IMG/VR virus record: IMGVR_UViG_3300025896_000032
Location: 1 to 58,244 of that record
Strand: one strand, 5' to 3'
DNA from: a virus
Lineage: Duplodnaviria > Caudoviricetes
DNA: 58,244 nt
Positions 18,320 to 29,127 of the stretch are shown piece by piece (the stretch's first letter is position 1; the number at the start of each line of letters is the position of its first letter). The notes beneath the pieces were generated by a model. The model saw nothing but the letters and a program-made list of their open reading frames with translations. It ran no database searches and had not been told where the DNA came from. Position numbers and translations under genes: made by a program.

Positions 18320-21300
18320 GGCTTGATGGACTTGGCGTAAATCACGCTGCCGTGGTCGGTGTTGTCGAATTGGCTCAACCCGCGAACATCGATACCCTCA
18401 TACCCAAGTGCCTTTACGACTCTGGTTGAGGCGGAATCGATGTATTGGCTGGTATGCCTAGCCTCATACTTCAAGAGGTCTTCCCGGGTTTCTTTTGCTG
18501 ATTTTGCGATGATTCCCTCGACATCTGCTTGGCTGAACTTGGATTGCATACCCATTTCAAGCCAAATGATAAAAGAGGCATTCGATGCAGGCAAACTTGG
18601 ATTATCTACCATTCCGTTGATGTATTTCAGCGAAGAGAAAGTATTGGCAGCAGATTCGTTATCGCTCGGCTTGTAGAGCTTGTACTTGGAAGCATCGAAC
18701 CTGTGAACCGGACGATCACTTCGACCGGTACTGCTTTTTCCTTTTGACGTATAGTAAACGCCGGTGCCGGCATGCCCCGTTCCTCTGCCACCCGACATTC
18801 TTCCAGCGGTAGTGTCTCTACCGTACCCCAAATCCCCAGAGCTATACCCCGCGTTCTCTTCAAGAATGGGTTCTCGCACTAGGATCATGTCGGATCCCTT
18901 TGCTTCCTGCACGAATCCCTTTTTCTTGTACCATTCAGCGAGTTGCTTAGTGGTCAAGGCGGTCTTGTCGCCCTTTTTGGCGAATTCGGTCATGCGTTGG
19001 GGCTCCAGTTTTAGGGTAATGCCCTTTTCGTCGGCGGACGCGATAAGGGCATCCATGGCTTTCGATGCCAAACCCTGACCGCGAGAACCGGCTTCAGTAA
19101 CAATCCCGGCTATCGTCAGTCGGTTCGGGCTGACATCCGATCTATCGGCATACGAAACGCCATATCGGGCGACATATATGTCGGTCGCATCCAATGCGAT
19201 CTTAACCTTACCGTCCTTGGACACCAGCGTAGGGTAGGTTGATCCACCAAGCGATAGCGCTTCCGGGTTCTTCTCTAGATTCACCGTCGAATTCTGCCTA
19301 TCGAATGCCTTTTTGGAGGCATTGCTTGATTCGATTCTATCAATCGGATGCGATGGCTCTTCAGCTACCTTTATTTCGTTTTTTTTTGAGCCTTCCGCTG
19401 GTTTGCTTTCAACCCCAAAGTTGGCGGCTTCCTCTGGGGTCATGGTATGCGAAGCCAATTCCTCCGGGGTAAGCTTGGGGACGGATCGAGCGCTGGGCTT
19501 GATGGGCTTGATTCCTTTGCCAAAGCTTTTTTCCACAATCTCCGCGAATGCCTCGATGTGGGACTTATCGTTGATTATCTTGAATTGGCCATCGCCGGGA
19601 ACCTCAACGGTTACCTTTGGTGCGAACTTGGACAGTTCACCGATTTGCTTTTTCGCATTGGTAACCCTGCGGGCGGCGTCTACACCGCCAATGTTCTCGT
19701 ACCGCTTGATGGTATCAAGGTGATCGGCGTATTCCTTGGCCGTCTCGGCCTTGGGGAAGGCTGGGATTTCAGGGGCGGATTCACCAAGCGTGCTCAGGGC
19801 ATTTCCCAAGTATTGCTTCTGGGCATCCAGTTGCTTCTTGGTGGCGAGCTGGGAAACCTGATTGTCGAGCTTGACGGTCGGGGCTGCGGTTTTTCCGTTA
19901 TCGGTCTTTACGATGACGGGCTCCTTTTCGGCGGCGCTGACTTTCACGGGCGCTTGCTTCGCCCGATAACCATTCGCCTCAAGCATGCCTTTTAGCTCAG
20001 GGCCAATGTCTTCTGGACCCATGTCCCTGTCCTTGGAAATGCGCTGCAATTCAGCCAAATCCTTCTCGCTGATCAGGCCGTTGGCTTTGCTCTTATTGGC
20101 AATAGCCATGATTGTGCTCTTCTTGACCTCTGGATCAAGAAGGGCTTCGTCAACCTTCTCCCATGCCTTATCGTGGGGCGAACTCTCTTCCACTGGCTCT
20201 TCCACGACCGCTTTCTTGGCCGGTTTGGCTGGTTCTACGGGCTTTGGGGCGGGTTCGGGGGCTGGCGGTGCCTCTTGGGCCGCGAGGGCCTTGGCGGGTG
20301 CCTTCTTGGGGGCCGCGAACTTGCCAGCGGCCGGGGCTGGCGTGGGTGGCGTGGGCTTCTTGACGGCGGGAGCGGCTGGGGGCTCTTCCGGGGGTGGGGT
20401 AGCTGAGGGGGGCTTGGCAGCTTCAGCCGCAAGCTTGACCCTGAGCGCTTCGGCATCAGCCGGTGAACGGCGTGCCCGCTCGTCAGCCTCAAGGGCGGTA
20501 ATAACGTCATCAGCCCTCTTTGCCGTAGCGGCTTTACTTTCCGCTTCCGAGATGGCTTCACCAGCAGTCTTTTGATCGGCTGCTTCCTTGTTACCCAAGA
20601 CGTCCGACACGGCCTGATCTTCGGCGAGTTTAGCCCTCAGGGCCTCGGCATCGGCTGGTGAGCTACGCGCCCGCTCATCGTCAGCAAAGGCCGACAATAG
20701 GTCTTGGGCTCGCTCAACATGGGCTTGTTCCTTTGCGCTAAGGTCAGCCCTATTTGCGGCTAGCCTCTCTTCGATATTGGCGAGCCAATCCTTGGCAACA
20801 CTGAGATCCGTTGGCTTTGACGCAATGCGGTCATCAAGGTACTTGGCGAACTCTTCGGGGGAATACCTTTCCCGAATTCTGGCCAGAGCTTGGCGAGAGA
20901 TCCCATGGTTCTCCATTACCTGATCCATCTTGCCCTGAATGGAAGACTCTTGAGCAGAGAGCTTGGATTGCTCCGTGCTCTTCTTGGACTCATCAAGCTG
21001 GGCGATAATGCTCAGGGCATTCTCGTTCTTCTTGGCCTCATCCTGAGCGGCCTTCTCATCGGCTACGCGCTTGGCCTCTTCGGCGGATTTCTTCGCTTCG
21101 GCCTTGGCGCCGGATTCTGCCTCAAGACGATCATTGATGTCCTTGAGTTCCTTGAGGAATTTCTCACGTTCCGCCCCAAGACTCTTCGTCAGGCTTTCCT
21201 GCATGATCCTAGGGGCGTTCGCCAATTCCGCGCTCGTTGGCGTTATGATCTGGGACTGGTTCTCTAGGTACTGCTGTGACTCTGACTTAACCGGTTCGGG

Positions 21301-23343
21301 CGTAGCGGCAGGAGCGGCAGGTTGCTCGGCTAGAGTGGAAAGGACTGGCCCGTTTTCCGCTGGTACCTGTGGTGGCGGGGCGCCAGCCAGTGGTCCCGTG
21401 GGGGCTGGAGCTGGTGCTGGCGGGGGAAGATCATTAGCCGCCTTAGTGAGTATCCGATCATGAAAATCAACGACCCGACTGGTTGGGTTGTTTTTCTTGA
21501 TACCATCAAGGAAGGTCTTGTACGGATTGGAGGAATTAACAATAGCCTGAGCCTGCTCCAAGGTTCCCTCGTATAGGTAGGTCTGGAAGTTATCGAGTGT
21601 CGGCTTCTTGACCTTGATGATGATAAATCCATCGCCATATCCGATGCTCTTGATTTCTTTGCCATTAGGCAACTCCACCATGTTGGAGTAAGGCGAGTTC
21701 CTGCCCATGATAGCGGCCTTGCCGGCTTCTTCGGTTGCAATGGACATCGACTTCAAGCCGCCCTCCGTTGTCGTAGCCAAGCTTGGGTTGTCGTGCCCGG
21801 GGATCCCAAGGGTCTTCAGTAATACTGGCGCATTCGGGTTAGCGGTATTCGGGTGCTCAACGAGAACAACAGGGGCGGGAGGCGGGGCAGCGCGACGGGC
21901 TACGGCAATGGCGGCGTCAGTGGCAACGGGTGCAACGGGCTCTTCGACTACTGTAGCCCCGGGAACGGCGGGGCGAGCTGGTGGTGCTGGCGGAACTACG
22001 GCACCAATAGGCTTCTTGGTTAATGAATAATTAACAAAATCAGAAACAGGCTTAGAAAGGAAATGGCCCCCAACGCCAAAAGCAGCTCCGCCGGCAACGC
22101 CGGGAGCCACGCTCTCACCCGGGGTGCCGACAAGCCCTTCGTATGCACCGCCGATAACGCCGCCTTTTATTGCGGCATTTGGGATTTTCCACCTATCCGC
22201 TTTGGCTTCTGCACCAAGTATGGCGCCATCAACTTTAGACCTAGCTTCATTGATGCCTTCCATCTTGGTGAGGGCATCATTTAGCTTACCTTGAGCCGCA
22301 AGCTCTGCCTTGCCATCTCCTGCCAACTTTGCTGCGTCCAAGTCTTGTGAATGGAGTTCGATGGCCCTCGTCTGCAATGCGGACTCTCTTTCAAGATGCC
22401 CAAGAGACCTAAAAGAAGTGCCCTTAAGTGGCTCGCTCTTCATCGCCTCTCCAATCTTCTTCCCGCCCCACCTTCCCACATGGGATCCAAGCCATCCACT
22501 AATCTTTCCGCCAATAATATCTCCCGCTGGTTCTGCTAAACCCGCAATGCGATTCATGCCGGTGGTACCAGTAAGAACCCTTCGGGCTATTTCCTCTTCT
22601 TGAATCGGGGCAACGGCTGGGGCCACGATCTTGGGAATAGGAGTCGCAAACATTCCCGCAATTTCTCCAACCCCGGCACCTGATTTTAGTGCTTCGCTAG
22701 CTTTATAATCTGAACTTGGCTTTAACGGAAGCCCCGTAACACTTAAGCCAGTAGGTTCAGCATTCTTAAAAGATTCTAGGGCTGAATTAATTTCAGCCAT
22801 TTGCGCCGCACGCTCGGTAGCGGTACTAGCGGCTCCTTCCGCGTCTCCAATTCCGGCCTGAATTTGTTGTTTTAATCCAGAAAGCGCCTCAGGCACCATA
22901 AGAAGGGCCTTGGCTCCTCCTGAAACTACACCTCGCGTTAAGCCAGTGACGGTATCGACTGGATGGGGAATTAATCCCTTAACTGTCCCCCAAACAGATG
23001 AACCAACGGATCCGATAGTGTCCTCAAGGGCATTGGCGATTTTCTCCGCAGTATTCGCATCAGGAATTAATTCATTTAATCTATCGCTCCAGCTCGTTCC
23101 GGAATAGTACTCCGTAAGAGCTTTCTGGTATGGCTCAATTGCGGATTTATCACCGGAATCAACCTTGGCCTTTAAGTCTGGAAGATTGTTCTTTGCGAGC
23201 TTTGCGGATGCTTGCCCCCATGCGGAATCAAAATTATCGGCATTCTTATTATCCGATTGCGCGACATGGTTATCCCAAGCGGAATCGAAATCATTCGACG
23301 GAGCCTGCGCTTCATCGGCATTTGTTCCTTTGGCGAGTGCCAT
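18316..23343 (-). CDS. Large ejection/internal virion protein, polyvalent type (KTSC-like, GNAT, ART-like)
   Basis: Last gene of the ejection cluster; SRGQGLASKAM...WYKKKGF (GNAT); GTGVYYT...LGYEGI (ART-PolyVal-like). Confidence 0.75.
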   Translation of the reverse strand: MALAKGTNADEAQAPSNDFDSAWDNHVAQSDNKNADNFDSAWGQASAKLAKNNLPDLKAKVDSGDKSAIEPYQKALTEYYSGTSWSDRLNELIPDANTAEKIANALEDTIGSVGSSVWGTVKGLIPHPVDTVTGLTRGVVSGGAKALLMVPEALSGLKQQIQAGIGDAEGAASTATERAAQMAEINSALESFKNAEPTGLSVTGLPLKPSSDYKASEALKSGAGVGEIAGMFATPIPKIVAPAVAPIQEEEIARRVLTGTTGMNRIAGLAEPAGDIIGGKISGWLGSHVGRWGGKKIGEAMKSEPLKGTSFRSLGHLERESALQTRAIELHSQDLDAAKLAGDGKAELAAQGKLNDALTKMEGINEARSKVDGAILGAEAKADRWKIPNAAIKGGVIGGAYEGLVGTPGESVAPGVAGGAAFGVGGHFLSKPVSDFVNYSLTKKPIGAVVPPAPPARPAVPGATVVEEPVAPVATDAAIAVARRAAPPPAPVVLVEHPNTANPNAPVLLKTLGIPGHDNPSLATTTEGGLKSMSIATEEAGKAAIMGRNSPYSNMVELPNGKEIKSIGYGDGFIIIKVKKPTLDNFQTYLYEGTLEQAQAIVNSSNPYKTFLDGIKKNNPTSRVVDFHDRILTKAANDLPPPAPAPAPTGPLAGAPPPQVPAENGPVLSTLAEQPAAPAATPEPVKSESQQYLENQSQIITPTSAELANAPRIMQESLTKSLGAEREKFLKELKDINDRLEAESGAKAEAKKSAEEAKRVADEKAAQDEAKKNENALSIIAQLDESKKSTEQSKLSAQESSIQGKMDQVMENHGISRQALARIRERYSPEEFAKYLDDRIASKPTDLSVAKDWLANIEERLAANRADLSAKEQAHVERAQDLLSAFADDERARSSPADAEALRAKLAEDQAVSDVLGNKEAADQKTAGEAISEAESKAATAKRADDVITALEADERARRSPADAEALRVKLAAEAAKPPSATPPPEEPPAAPAVKKPTPPTPAPAAGKFAAPKKAPAKALAAQEAPPAPEPAPKPVEPAKPAKKAVVEEPVEESSPHDKAWEKVDEALLDPEVKKSTIMAIANKSKANGLISEKDLAELQRISKDRDMGPEDIGPELKGMLEANGYRAKQAPVKVSAAEKEPVIVKTDNGKTAAPTVKLDNQVSQLATKKQLDAQKQYLGNALSTLGESAPEIPAFPKAETAKEYADHLDTIKRYENIGGVDAARRVTNAKKQIGELSKFAPKVTVEVPGDGQFKIINDKSHIEAFAEIVEKSFGKGIKPIKPSARSVPKLTPEELASHTMTPEEAANFGVESKPAEGSKKNEIKVAEEPSHPIDRIESSNASKKAFDRQNSTVNLEKNPEALSLGGSTYPTLVSKDGKVKIALDATDIYVARYGVSYADRSDVSPNRLTIAGIVTEAGSRGQGLASKAMDALIASADEKGITLKLEPQRMTEFAKKGDKTALTTKQLAEWYKKKGFVQEAKGSDMILVREPILEENAGYSSGDLGYGRDTTAGRMSGGRGTGHAGTGVYYTSKGKSSTGRSDRPVHRFDASKYKLYKPSDNESAANTFSSLKYINGMVDNPSLPASNASFIIWLEMGMQSKFSQADVEGIIAKSAKETREDLLKYEARHTSQYIDSASTRVVKALGYEGIDVRGLSQFDNTDHGSVIYAKSIKP

Positions 23344-23348
23344 AAGTT

Positions 23349-25010
23349 TTATTTGGAAGGCGGCTTCCCGGCGGATTGCAATGCTTCCCAAGCCTTTTGG
23401 GCTTCAGCCTTAGTTCCGTTGGGGTTATCATGTCTCCATAATGCTACAAAATCATTAACATTTGCTCCGGAAAAGCCCGGAGAATTCTGACTAACGTAAG
23501 CCGCATAGCTATCTTTGGGTCCCAATTTGTAATTCCTTGCCGCGATCAATTCGACGTCTTGCGCCAAGGCTCCCTGATCAAGGGCGTAACCCATGGCGCC
23601 ACTTTGCTCCAAGGTTTTATTCATCAAGCTAGCCATGTAATCCATCTTCATGGCAATTACCCTTGGAGTATCCGTCCTTCGTGGCTTGGCGGAAATAAGG
23701 AGATCCTTAATGCCTTGGTAGGCGCGAATGTTCTTTAGGCCACCCGTAGACTTTTCGACCAATGACGTCATTGCCGAGTCAAAGTCCTGCGCCCCATCAA
23801 GCCCAAGTACCGCCAGCAAGTTTGCGGGCAGGAATGCGTTCAATGGCCCCGGGGGTACGCTGCTACTTTTTAAGTTTTCAAATGCCCGAGCGGCGTTATT
23901 CAGGGCGGCGCTTTGACCGGAAAAGTTGTTGGTTACATCCAGAACATCGGAAGCCAGTTTCGCCCTGTCGGCCTGTTGAACTTTGTTTAGCGGTACTCCT
24001 CTGGTTTTTGCGGCTGCGGCGTTAATTTCTGACATAGCCACAGCATTATGGTCAGTCGCGTCGACCGGATTAGGAAGCCAAGACACCGCTACCTTGGGCT
24101 TTTCCGGTGGTGGCTGTGCTACCGGCGGAACGGCTACTACCTCAGTGGCAGGTGTTGCTGGAGCAACGGGAGTCGCAACCGGAGAAGCGGAATTAGCGCT
24201 TGGGATTGATGCGAGAATAGATGATGGGCCACCCGTGAATTTAGACGGTAGACCCACTCCGCCAAGGGAAGCCAATGGCTTTACCCCCGATGGGGGTGGC
24301 TCACCAAATTCAGAAGAATCGGGAGGGCCTTGGTCTACGCGCTTAACGATTTTTCCCGGCATTGGAACCGGACGTCCAAGGGGATCAACTCCCATTCTTG
24401 TCCACGTCTGCCAAGTTGAGGTTCCATCGCTAAAGGGTGCGCCTTCTGGAACATACGTTACGCCCCGTACGGTTCTTGTCGCAAGAGTAGAAGCCATTCC
24501 GGCGCCACCAATAGGAGTAACCTTGCGATCGTTATCAACGGATACGGGCACCCTAACTCCATTTCCCATATCAATATACTGAATGTTAAGCCCAGTTGGG
24601 CTTTCGGCCGCTGTTTTGGCGAGTGTAAGTGCCGATTGCTGATTGTAACCCGCCAATTCACCTGCTCCCGGGAGCTGCGCTCCACGTTGAGCGGACTCTA
24701 TCTGTGATTGAAGCATACCGGATTGGCTCGCGGCAATTGCTGCCCGTGCTTCCGCCTGAGCTGCCGGCGACACGAACGATGACAGTGCCTGCGCCCTTAC
24801 TGCGGCGTTCTGGGCCTCTAGGCGCTTCTTTTGGGCGTCGGCGATCAATGCCCTTGTCTCTGGCCCGATCAAGCTAGCCGCCTGCACGTTCTTCATCGCA
24901 TTGGCCTGAGCCAATTGTGACTGCGAGACATCGTATCTACCGACGTTGGTCGGGATCGACAGGGTCTCTGGTAGGGCGGAAAGCTGGAAGCCTGCGGTGG
25001 GGGAAGGCAT
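23349..25010 (-). CDS. Putative ejection protein
   Basis: A/Q-rich helical N-terminus; position between the small and large ejection genes. Confidence 0.6.
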   Translation of the reverse strand: MPSPTAGFQLSALPETLSIPTNVGRYDVSQSQLAQANAMKNVQAASLIGPETRALIADAQKKRLEAQNAAVRAQALSSFVSPAAQAEARAAIAASQSGMLQSQIESAQRGAQLPGAGELAGYNQQSALTLAKTAAESPTGLNIQYIDMGNGVRVPVSVDNDRKVTPIGGAGMASTLATRTVRGVTYVPEGAPFSDGTSTWQTWTRMGVDPLGRPVPMPGKIVKRVDQGPPDSSEFGEPPPSGVKPLASLGGVGLPSKFTGGPSSILASIPSANSASPVATPVAPATPATEVVAVPPVAQPPPEKPKVAVSWLPNPVDATDHNAVAMSEINAAAAKTRGVPLNKVQQADRAKLASDVLDVTNNFSGQSAALNNAARAFENLKSSSVPPGPLNAFLPANLLAVLGLDGAQDFDSAMTSLVEKSTGGLKNIRAYQGIKDLLISAKPRRTDTPRVIAMKMDYMASLMNKTLEQSGAMGYALDQGALAQDVELIAARNYKLGPKDSYAAYVSQNSPGFSGANVNDFVALWRHDNPNGTKAEAQKAWEALQSAGKPPSK

Positions 25011-25019
25011 GATCTATGG

Positions 25020-25835
25020 TTATTTTCTAGGCCAATTACCTGCCGTAAAAATAGTCGCAGGTCCAGATGTTGATCCAAAAGTGGGACCAGTATTACTCAA
25101 TGACGAGGGCGTACTTACCCTCGGAATCGTAGATCCTTGCATGCCGCCGTAAATTGAAGCCATTGATCCGATGGAACCGGCAAGGCTAGATGCCGCATCG
25201 GCCTTGCTCTGGTTGGCATTAGTGATCGCACCAACCTTGCTGAGCTGAAATTGGTTGGCTTGATTGTTTTGGGCGATAGCGGCGGAAGCCAGAGAGCCCG
25301 GGTCCAAGCCTGATACCGGCAATGGATTAGCGGCCAGCAAATCAGCAGCACGCTTTTGCGCGTTCTGGCGAACATCGTAAGCCGTAAGGCCAAGGTTAGC
25401 GGCAGTAAGTGGGCCCGCGCCAAAACCACCGCCACCAGCTTGGGCCATGCTTGCCTTGGTGACTTGATTGATTACATCAGGAGAAAGGTTCCCTCCACGC
25501 GCAAGATCGGCAGATACTTGGTTTTGGAGCCCGGTACGGGCGGAGGCAATACCGGGAAGGTATTGCTGTTCCAGAGCGAGTGACTTCTGAATGTTCTCTT
25601 CGGCAAATCCCTGAGCCTGCTTCTGTAACGCAGCTAGGTCGATGGGCTGGTATTGAAGGCCATTCGCTAGATCACTAGCTTTGTTGGCGGCGGACCGTTG
25701 GGCCATCGTACCGGCAACACCAGCGCCGAGGCTAGCGCCTATCAACCCTCCGCCAAGGGCAGTCATACCACCTACTGCGGCTCCAGCCCCCAGCGCTCCG
25801 ATACCTGCTCCGATTGCTGTTGCGATGAATGCCAT
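25020..25835 (-). CDS. Putative DNA-transfer/pilot protein (P22 gp7-like)
   Basis: Gly/Ala-rich hydrophobic N-terminus followed by a Q/A-rich body. Confidence 0.7.
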   Translation of the reverse strand: MAFIATAIGAGIGALGAGAAVGGMTALGGGLIGASLGAGVAGTMAQRSAANKASDLANGLQYQPIDLAALQKQAQGFAEENIQKSLALEQQYLPGIASARTGLQNQVSADLARGGNLSPDVINQVTKASMAQAGGGGFGAGPLTAANLGLTAYDVRQNAQKRAADLLAANPLPVSGLDPGSLASAAIAQNNQANQFQLSKVGAITNANQSKADAASSLAGSIGSMASIYGGMQGSTIPRVSTPSSLSNTGPTFGSTSGPATIFTAGNWPRK

Positions 25836-25839
25836 GATG

Positions 25840-26334
25840 TTAAGATTTTTGTACTAGCAGGTGAGCCTTCATGGCCTCAATCTCTTTGATGGCCTGATGC
25901 TCCAAGTAGGATTCGCTCTTCACGACAAGCATCTCTTCCAGCTTATCGATATTGGTTTCTTTGGTGGGATGAATTGTGATCCAGCGCATCTCCTCATGGA
26001 TGTAGAGAATCTTGCGAACGTTCTCGTTGGATTTGATGATGGCGGGGGCATTAATCTCGTAAACCACGCCATCCATCATGACGGTGGCGCGACCGGTGAG
26101 GATGATATTGAAATGCTCAGTCTTGTGTTGATGGCCAATCACGAACGAATCTGACGGCATAACAACCTCGCGGGCGTACACCCCGGGAGCGAACATGTGA
26201 GTTAACGGAACGTCGACCTGAGGGAACTGAAGCATCTGGCTCTCGACGCTTTCGATTTTCGACAAGCGGCTATCGTTGATGGGTTCTTCGCCCACCACCT
26301 CTACCGACGAAATCGATTCATTCAGGGCAACCAT
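25840..26334 (-). CDS. Cupin-fold protein
   Basis: HMFAPGVYARE...GHQHKTEH motif; typical neighbour of podophage tail genes. Confidence 0.7.
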   Translation of the reverse strand: MVALNESISSVEVVGEEPINDSRLSKIESVESQMLQFPQVDVPLTHMFAPGVYAREVVMPSDSFVIGHQHKTEHFNIILTGRATVMMDGVVYEINAPAIIKSNENVRKILYIHEEMRWITIHPTKETNIDKLEEMLVVKSESYLEHQAIKEIEAMKAHLLVQKS

Positions 26335-26337
26335 GGA

Positions 26338-27045
26338 TCAAGAAGGATAACCGCAAAAAACGAACCACTTGGAGCTGGTATTGGAGCCAACGTTGTTCAG
26401 GGAGGAAAGCATCGCCTCGGTCCTCGATTGGATCTGGGACGTGGCGTTTTGCAGGGTCGTGGTCGAGTTGGACAGAAGCTCGGTGTTGTTCCGAAGCGCC
26501 TGAACCTCTGGCTGAGAATACGATGAGCTGATAGTCAAGCCACCGATGACGCCCGGGGATGGCTGGATGGTGGGGTTGGAGATGCCGCTGATGGATCCGC
26601 TAACCGGGAGACCCTGAAGTCCAGAAAGGAAAGAAAACAGAGGCAGCGTGCCGGAAGGGAACAAGCTCGTCAGGTTGTTGATCTGTACCTGAGTGAGATT
26701 GACGATGGCGGCGATTTGGCGCCCGTCCAACAGGATCCAGCCATTGCCCGTATCATCCTGATTGCGAAGGGCGGCTTTCAGGTCACCCACTTGCAGCTCA
26801 CTAATCGGCACATATGCGCCGGATGCTGGGCTCCAGTCCTCAAATCGCAGCGTACTGGTGTTGTAAAACACCCCCTGATCACTGGTGGGAGGGGTATCGC
26901 CTTGGATGAAAAAGCTTACGTTGGCCGAAATCTGACCAGAAATGTACTCAGAAACGATGGTCAGGAGGTCATTGATGTTAACCGCCTGAATGCCTACGGG
27001 GACTGGGATCGGCGTCAGAGTGATCGGGATCGTGGTATAGGACAT
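26338..27045 (-). CDS. Tail needle/collar-domain protein
   Basis: VGDLK....GWILLDG collar motif and a C-terminal coiled coil. Confidence 0.55.
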   Translation of the reverse strand: MSYTTIPITLTPIPVPVGIQAVNINDLLTIVSEYISGQISANVSFFIQGDTPPTSDQGVFYNTSTLRFEDWSPASGAYVPISELQVGDLKAALRNQDDTGNGWILLDGRQIAAIVNLTQVQINNLTSLFPSGTLPLFSFLSGLQGLPVSGSISGISNPTIQPSPGVIGGLTISSSYSQPEVQALRNNTELLSNSTTTLQNATSQIQSRTEAMLSSLNNVGSNTSSKWFVFCGYPS

Positions 27046-27052
27046 GGCGGTA

Positions 27053-27081
27053 AGTGTACCAATGCGCCCCCGACGGGGCAA
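27053..27081 (-). promoter_or_regulatory. sigma70-like promoter, leaderless geometry
   Basis: TTGCCC-17nt-(TG.)TACACT-7nt-ATG. Confidence 0.65.
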
Positions 27082-27090
27082 TGCTTGTGC

Positions 27091-29124
27091 TTATGGACGA
27101 GGGAGTTGATATCCAGTTTCGATGTAACGGCTCTCTACGGGCATAAGAACATCCTTTGAATCACGTTTTACAAGGTTGTAGTCCGCCAATGGGCCGGAAA
27201 TGTACTTGGGGCACCCATTCTCTGGCAGGATGTGCTGGCCGGTCTCTGGGGGCGTTACTTGGCCCTCTGTGATGTCCGGATTGAAGTCAACGGCTAGTCG
27301 GTATGCCTTGACCGCTCCGATGCCCGTAAAACGGAAAAGAAGGCTAAAGGCGCGGTCAATGTCGTCCTGATCCCGAGACTCCACATCCACTGAAGTGCAT
27401 TCCTCGGTGGACCGGTTATCCTCAGACAGGATGTCCCGGGTCTGCTTGCTGAAGCTTTCCACGGGCTTATTCGTGGTCATCGGGAAGTAGGTTGAATTAT
27501 TCAACAAGACTGACCCGGGGGTGGCGGCGACCGACGTATCAAGTAGCTGGTGATACGGGCCGCGAAGGCCCTTCCAGTACCCCTTGATGGATAGATTGCC
27601 GTAGACCTCTGCCATCAGGAGTCGGAAATGGCGAAATATGGACTTGGAGAATGGGTTCTCGGTGACCGCATGGGCCTTTGTTTCGACGGCCCAGTCGATG
27701 GGCTGGTTATTGTCGGCGCGGTTACCGTTAAAAGCCTCCCAGATACGAAGCACTCCATCGTAGTCGAGCGACAGGCAGAACACCCGGTTCTTGCCGTTAA
27801 GGTGCGAAGAGGACCACTCAATGGGGCGTAAGCCGGTCCATACGCCCTGCCATGAGCTTTGGCCGAATCCAGTAACGGTACCCTGATAGAAAGTGGCTGG
27901 GGTCACCAAGCGGTCTAGCACCTGCGTGTGGCCATTGTAGACCTTGCCGTTGTATGTGGCGCTGTAGCCGCTTTCGCTGTTCTGAACCGCCACCGGTACA
28001 GACCACCACACATAGCTATCGAACTTGCCGGCGCAGATGCCGATACGGTCGTTACCCATCTGCTTCTTGGAGTAAGCCAGCTCGCTATCGATGGGCGGAA
28101 TGGCTTGCGTGCTGGTAACGGTACCAAGGCTATCAAAAGCCACGACGCCATTGGTGCTGTACCAGTACAGCAATCCCATGTGGCTGATCATTGACTTGTG
28201 GCTGGCGCACCCAACCCCAGCAAAGACCTTGCGCTGGAAATCAGCAGCAGTGGCCCACAACGTACGATCCAAAATACCGGACCACAGGGTGAAGATCCCT
28301 TCCTCGGTGCCAACGAACATCAGGTTCTGCTGAACACCGCTAGTGCCACGGTCAACCAACCCTGTAACCCGGGTCGGGAACGTGAACGAAGGTATCTTCG
28401 TTAGCACGGTTTCATCCGTAAAATGGAATGGGTCGTTCAGATCGGACGCGAACACCTGATTATCGCACGCCACCCAAAGACGATTGCCCGACCAAGCCAT
28501 CCACTGGCCAATGCGGGTCTGGTTAAACCCGTCAACGTATACGGCGTTGCCAAGTGCATCAACGTCCCATCGCTTCGTTGGGTTTAAGTGTCCGCCGGCA
28601 TTGCCATTCCAGTAGGCGGCTCGGCTTACTCCATCCTGAATGAAAAGAACTGATCTTGGCGGGATGACGTACACGACGCCATTGATCAGGTCTGCGGTCT
28701 GGATGGTCTGCACGGCGCAAACGTAGTCCACATCATTGGCTAGCTGGATCTGATTGATGCGCTTGGGGGTATCAATCGTGCCGTCGCTGTTGATGATGCA
28801 GTAGAACACGGCTCCGTTAACGCCAAAAACAAACTGGGGATCACTGTTGATCGGTTTGTAGACCGTGAAGAACTGCGGGCGCAGCTTGGGCATCCCGGCA
28901 TCGATATACCAAGTGTAGAAATCACCACTGGTGGAGTTAAATGCCAGTTCGACAATGCTATCGAACCCCGGTCGCGTCTGCCAAATGCCACCCTTGTTCA
29001 CCGCATTCTCGGCCCACCGCACTTCGGTTTCCTTGAGGAACTGTGGGTCCAGATAGCTATTAACGCCATCGGTAAGTCCGATGATGTCCTTGTAGGTGCG
29101 GGTGTTTGGGACGTTCTGGGCCAT
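27091..29124 (-). CDS. Tail nozzle / head-closure protein (P22 gp10 / T7 gp12-like)
   Basis: 677 aa, beta-rich; ENAVNKGGIWQTRPG and NRLWVA....ASD; synteny. Confidence 0.7.
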   Translation of the reverse strand: MAQNVPNTRTYKDIIGLTDGVNSYLDPQFLKETEVRWAENAVNKGGIWQTRPGFDSIVELAFNSTSGDFYTWYIDAGMPKLRPQFFTVYKPINSDPQFVFGVNGAVFYCIINSDGTIDTPKRINQIQLANDVDYVCAVQTIQTADLINGVVYVIPPRSVLFIQDGVSRAAYWNGNAGGHLNPTKRWDVDALGNAVYVDGFNQTRIGQWMAWSGNRLWVACDNQVFASDLNDPFHFTDETVLTKIPSFTFPTRVTGLVDRGTSGVQQNLMFVGTEEGIFTLWSGILDRTLWATAADFQRKVFAGVGCASHKSMISHMGLLYWYSTNGVVAFDSLGTVTSTQAIPPIDSELAYSKKQMGNDRIGICAGKFDSYVWWSVPVAVQNSESGYSATYNGKVYNGHTQVLDRLVTPATFYQGTVTGFGQSSWQGVWTGLRPIEWSSSHLNGKNRVFCLSLDYDGVLRIWEAFNGNRADNNQPIDWAVETKAHAVTENPFSKSIFRHFRLLMAEVYGNLSIKGYWKGLRGPYHQLLDTSVAATPGSVLLNNSTYFPMTTNKPVESFSKQTRDILSEDNRSTEECTSVDVESRDQDDIDRAFSLLFRFTGIGAVKAYRLAVDFNPDITEGQVTPPETGQHILPENGCPKYISGPLADYNLVKRDSKDVLMPVESRYIETGYQLPRP

Positions 29125-29127
29125 GAC

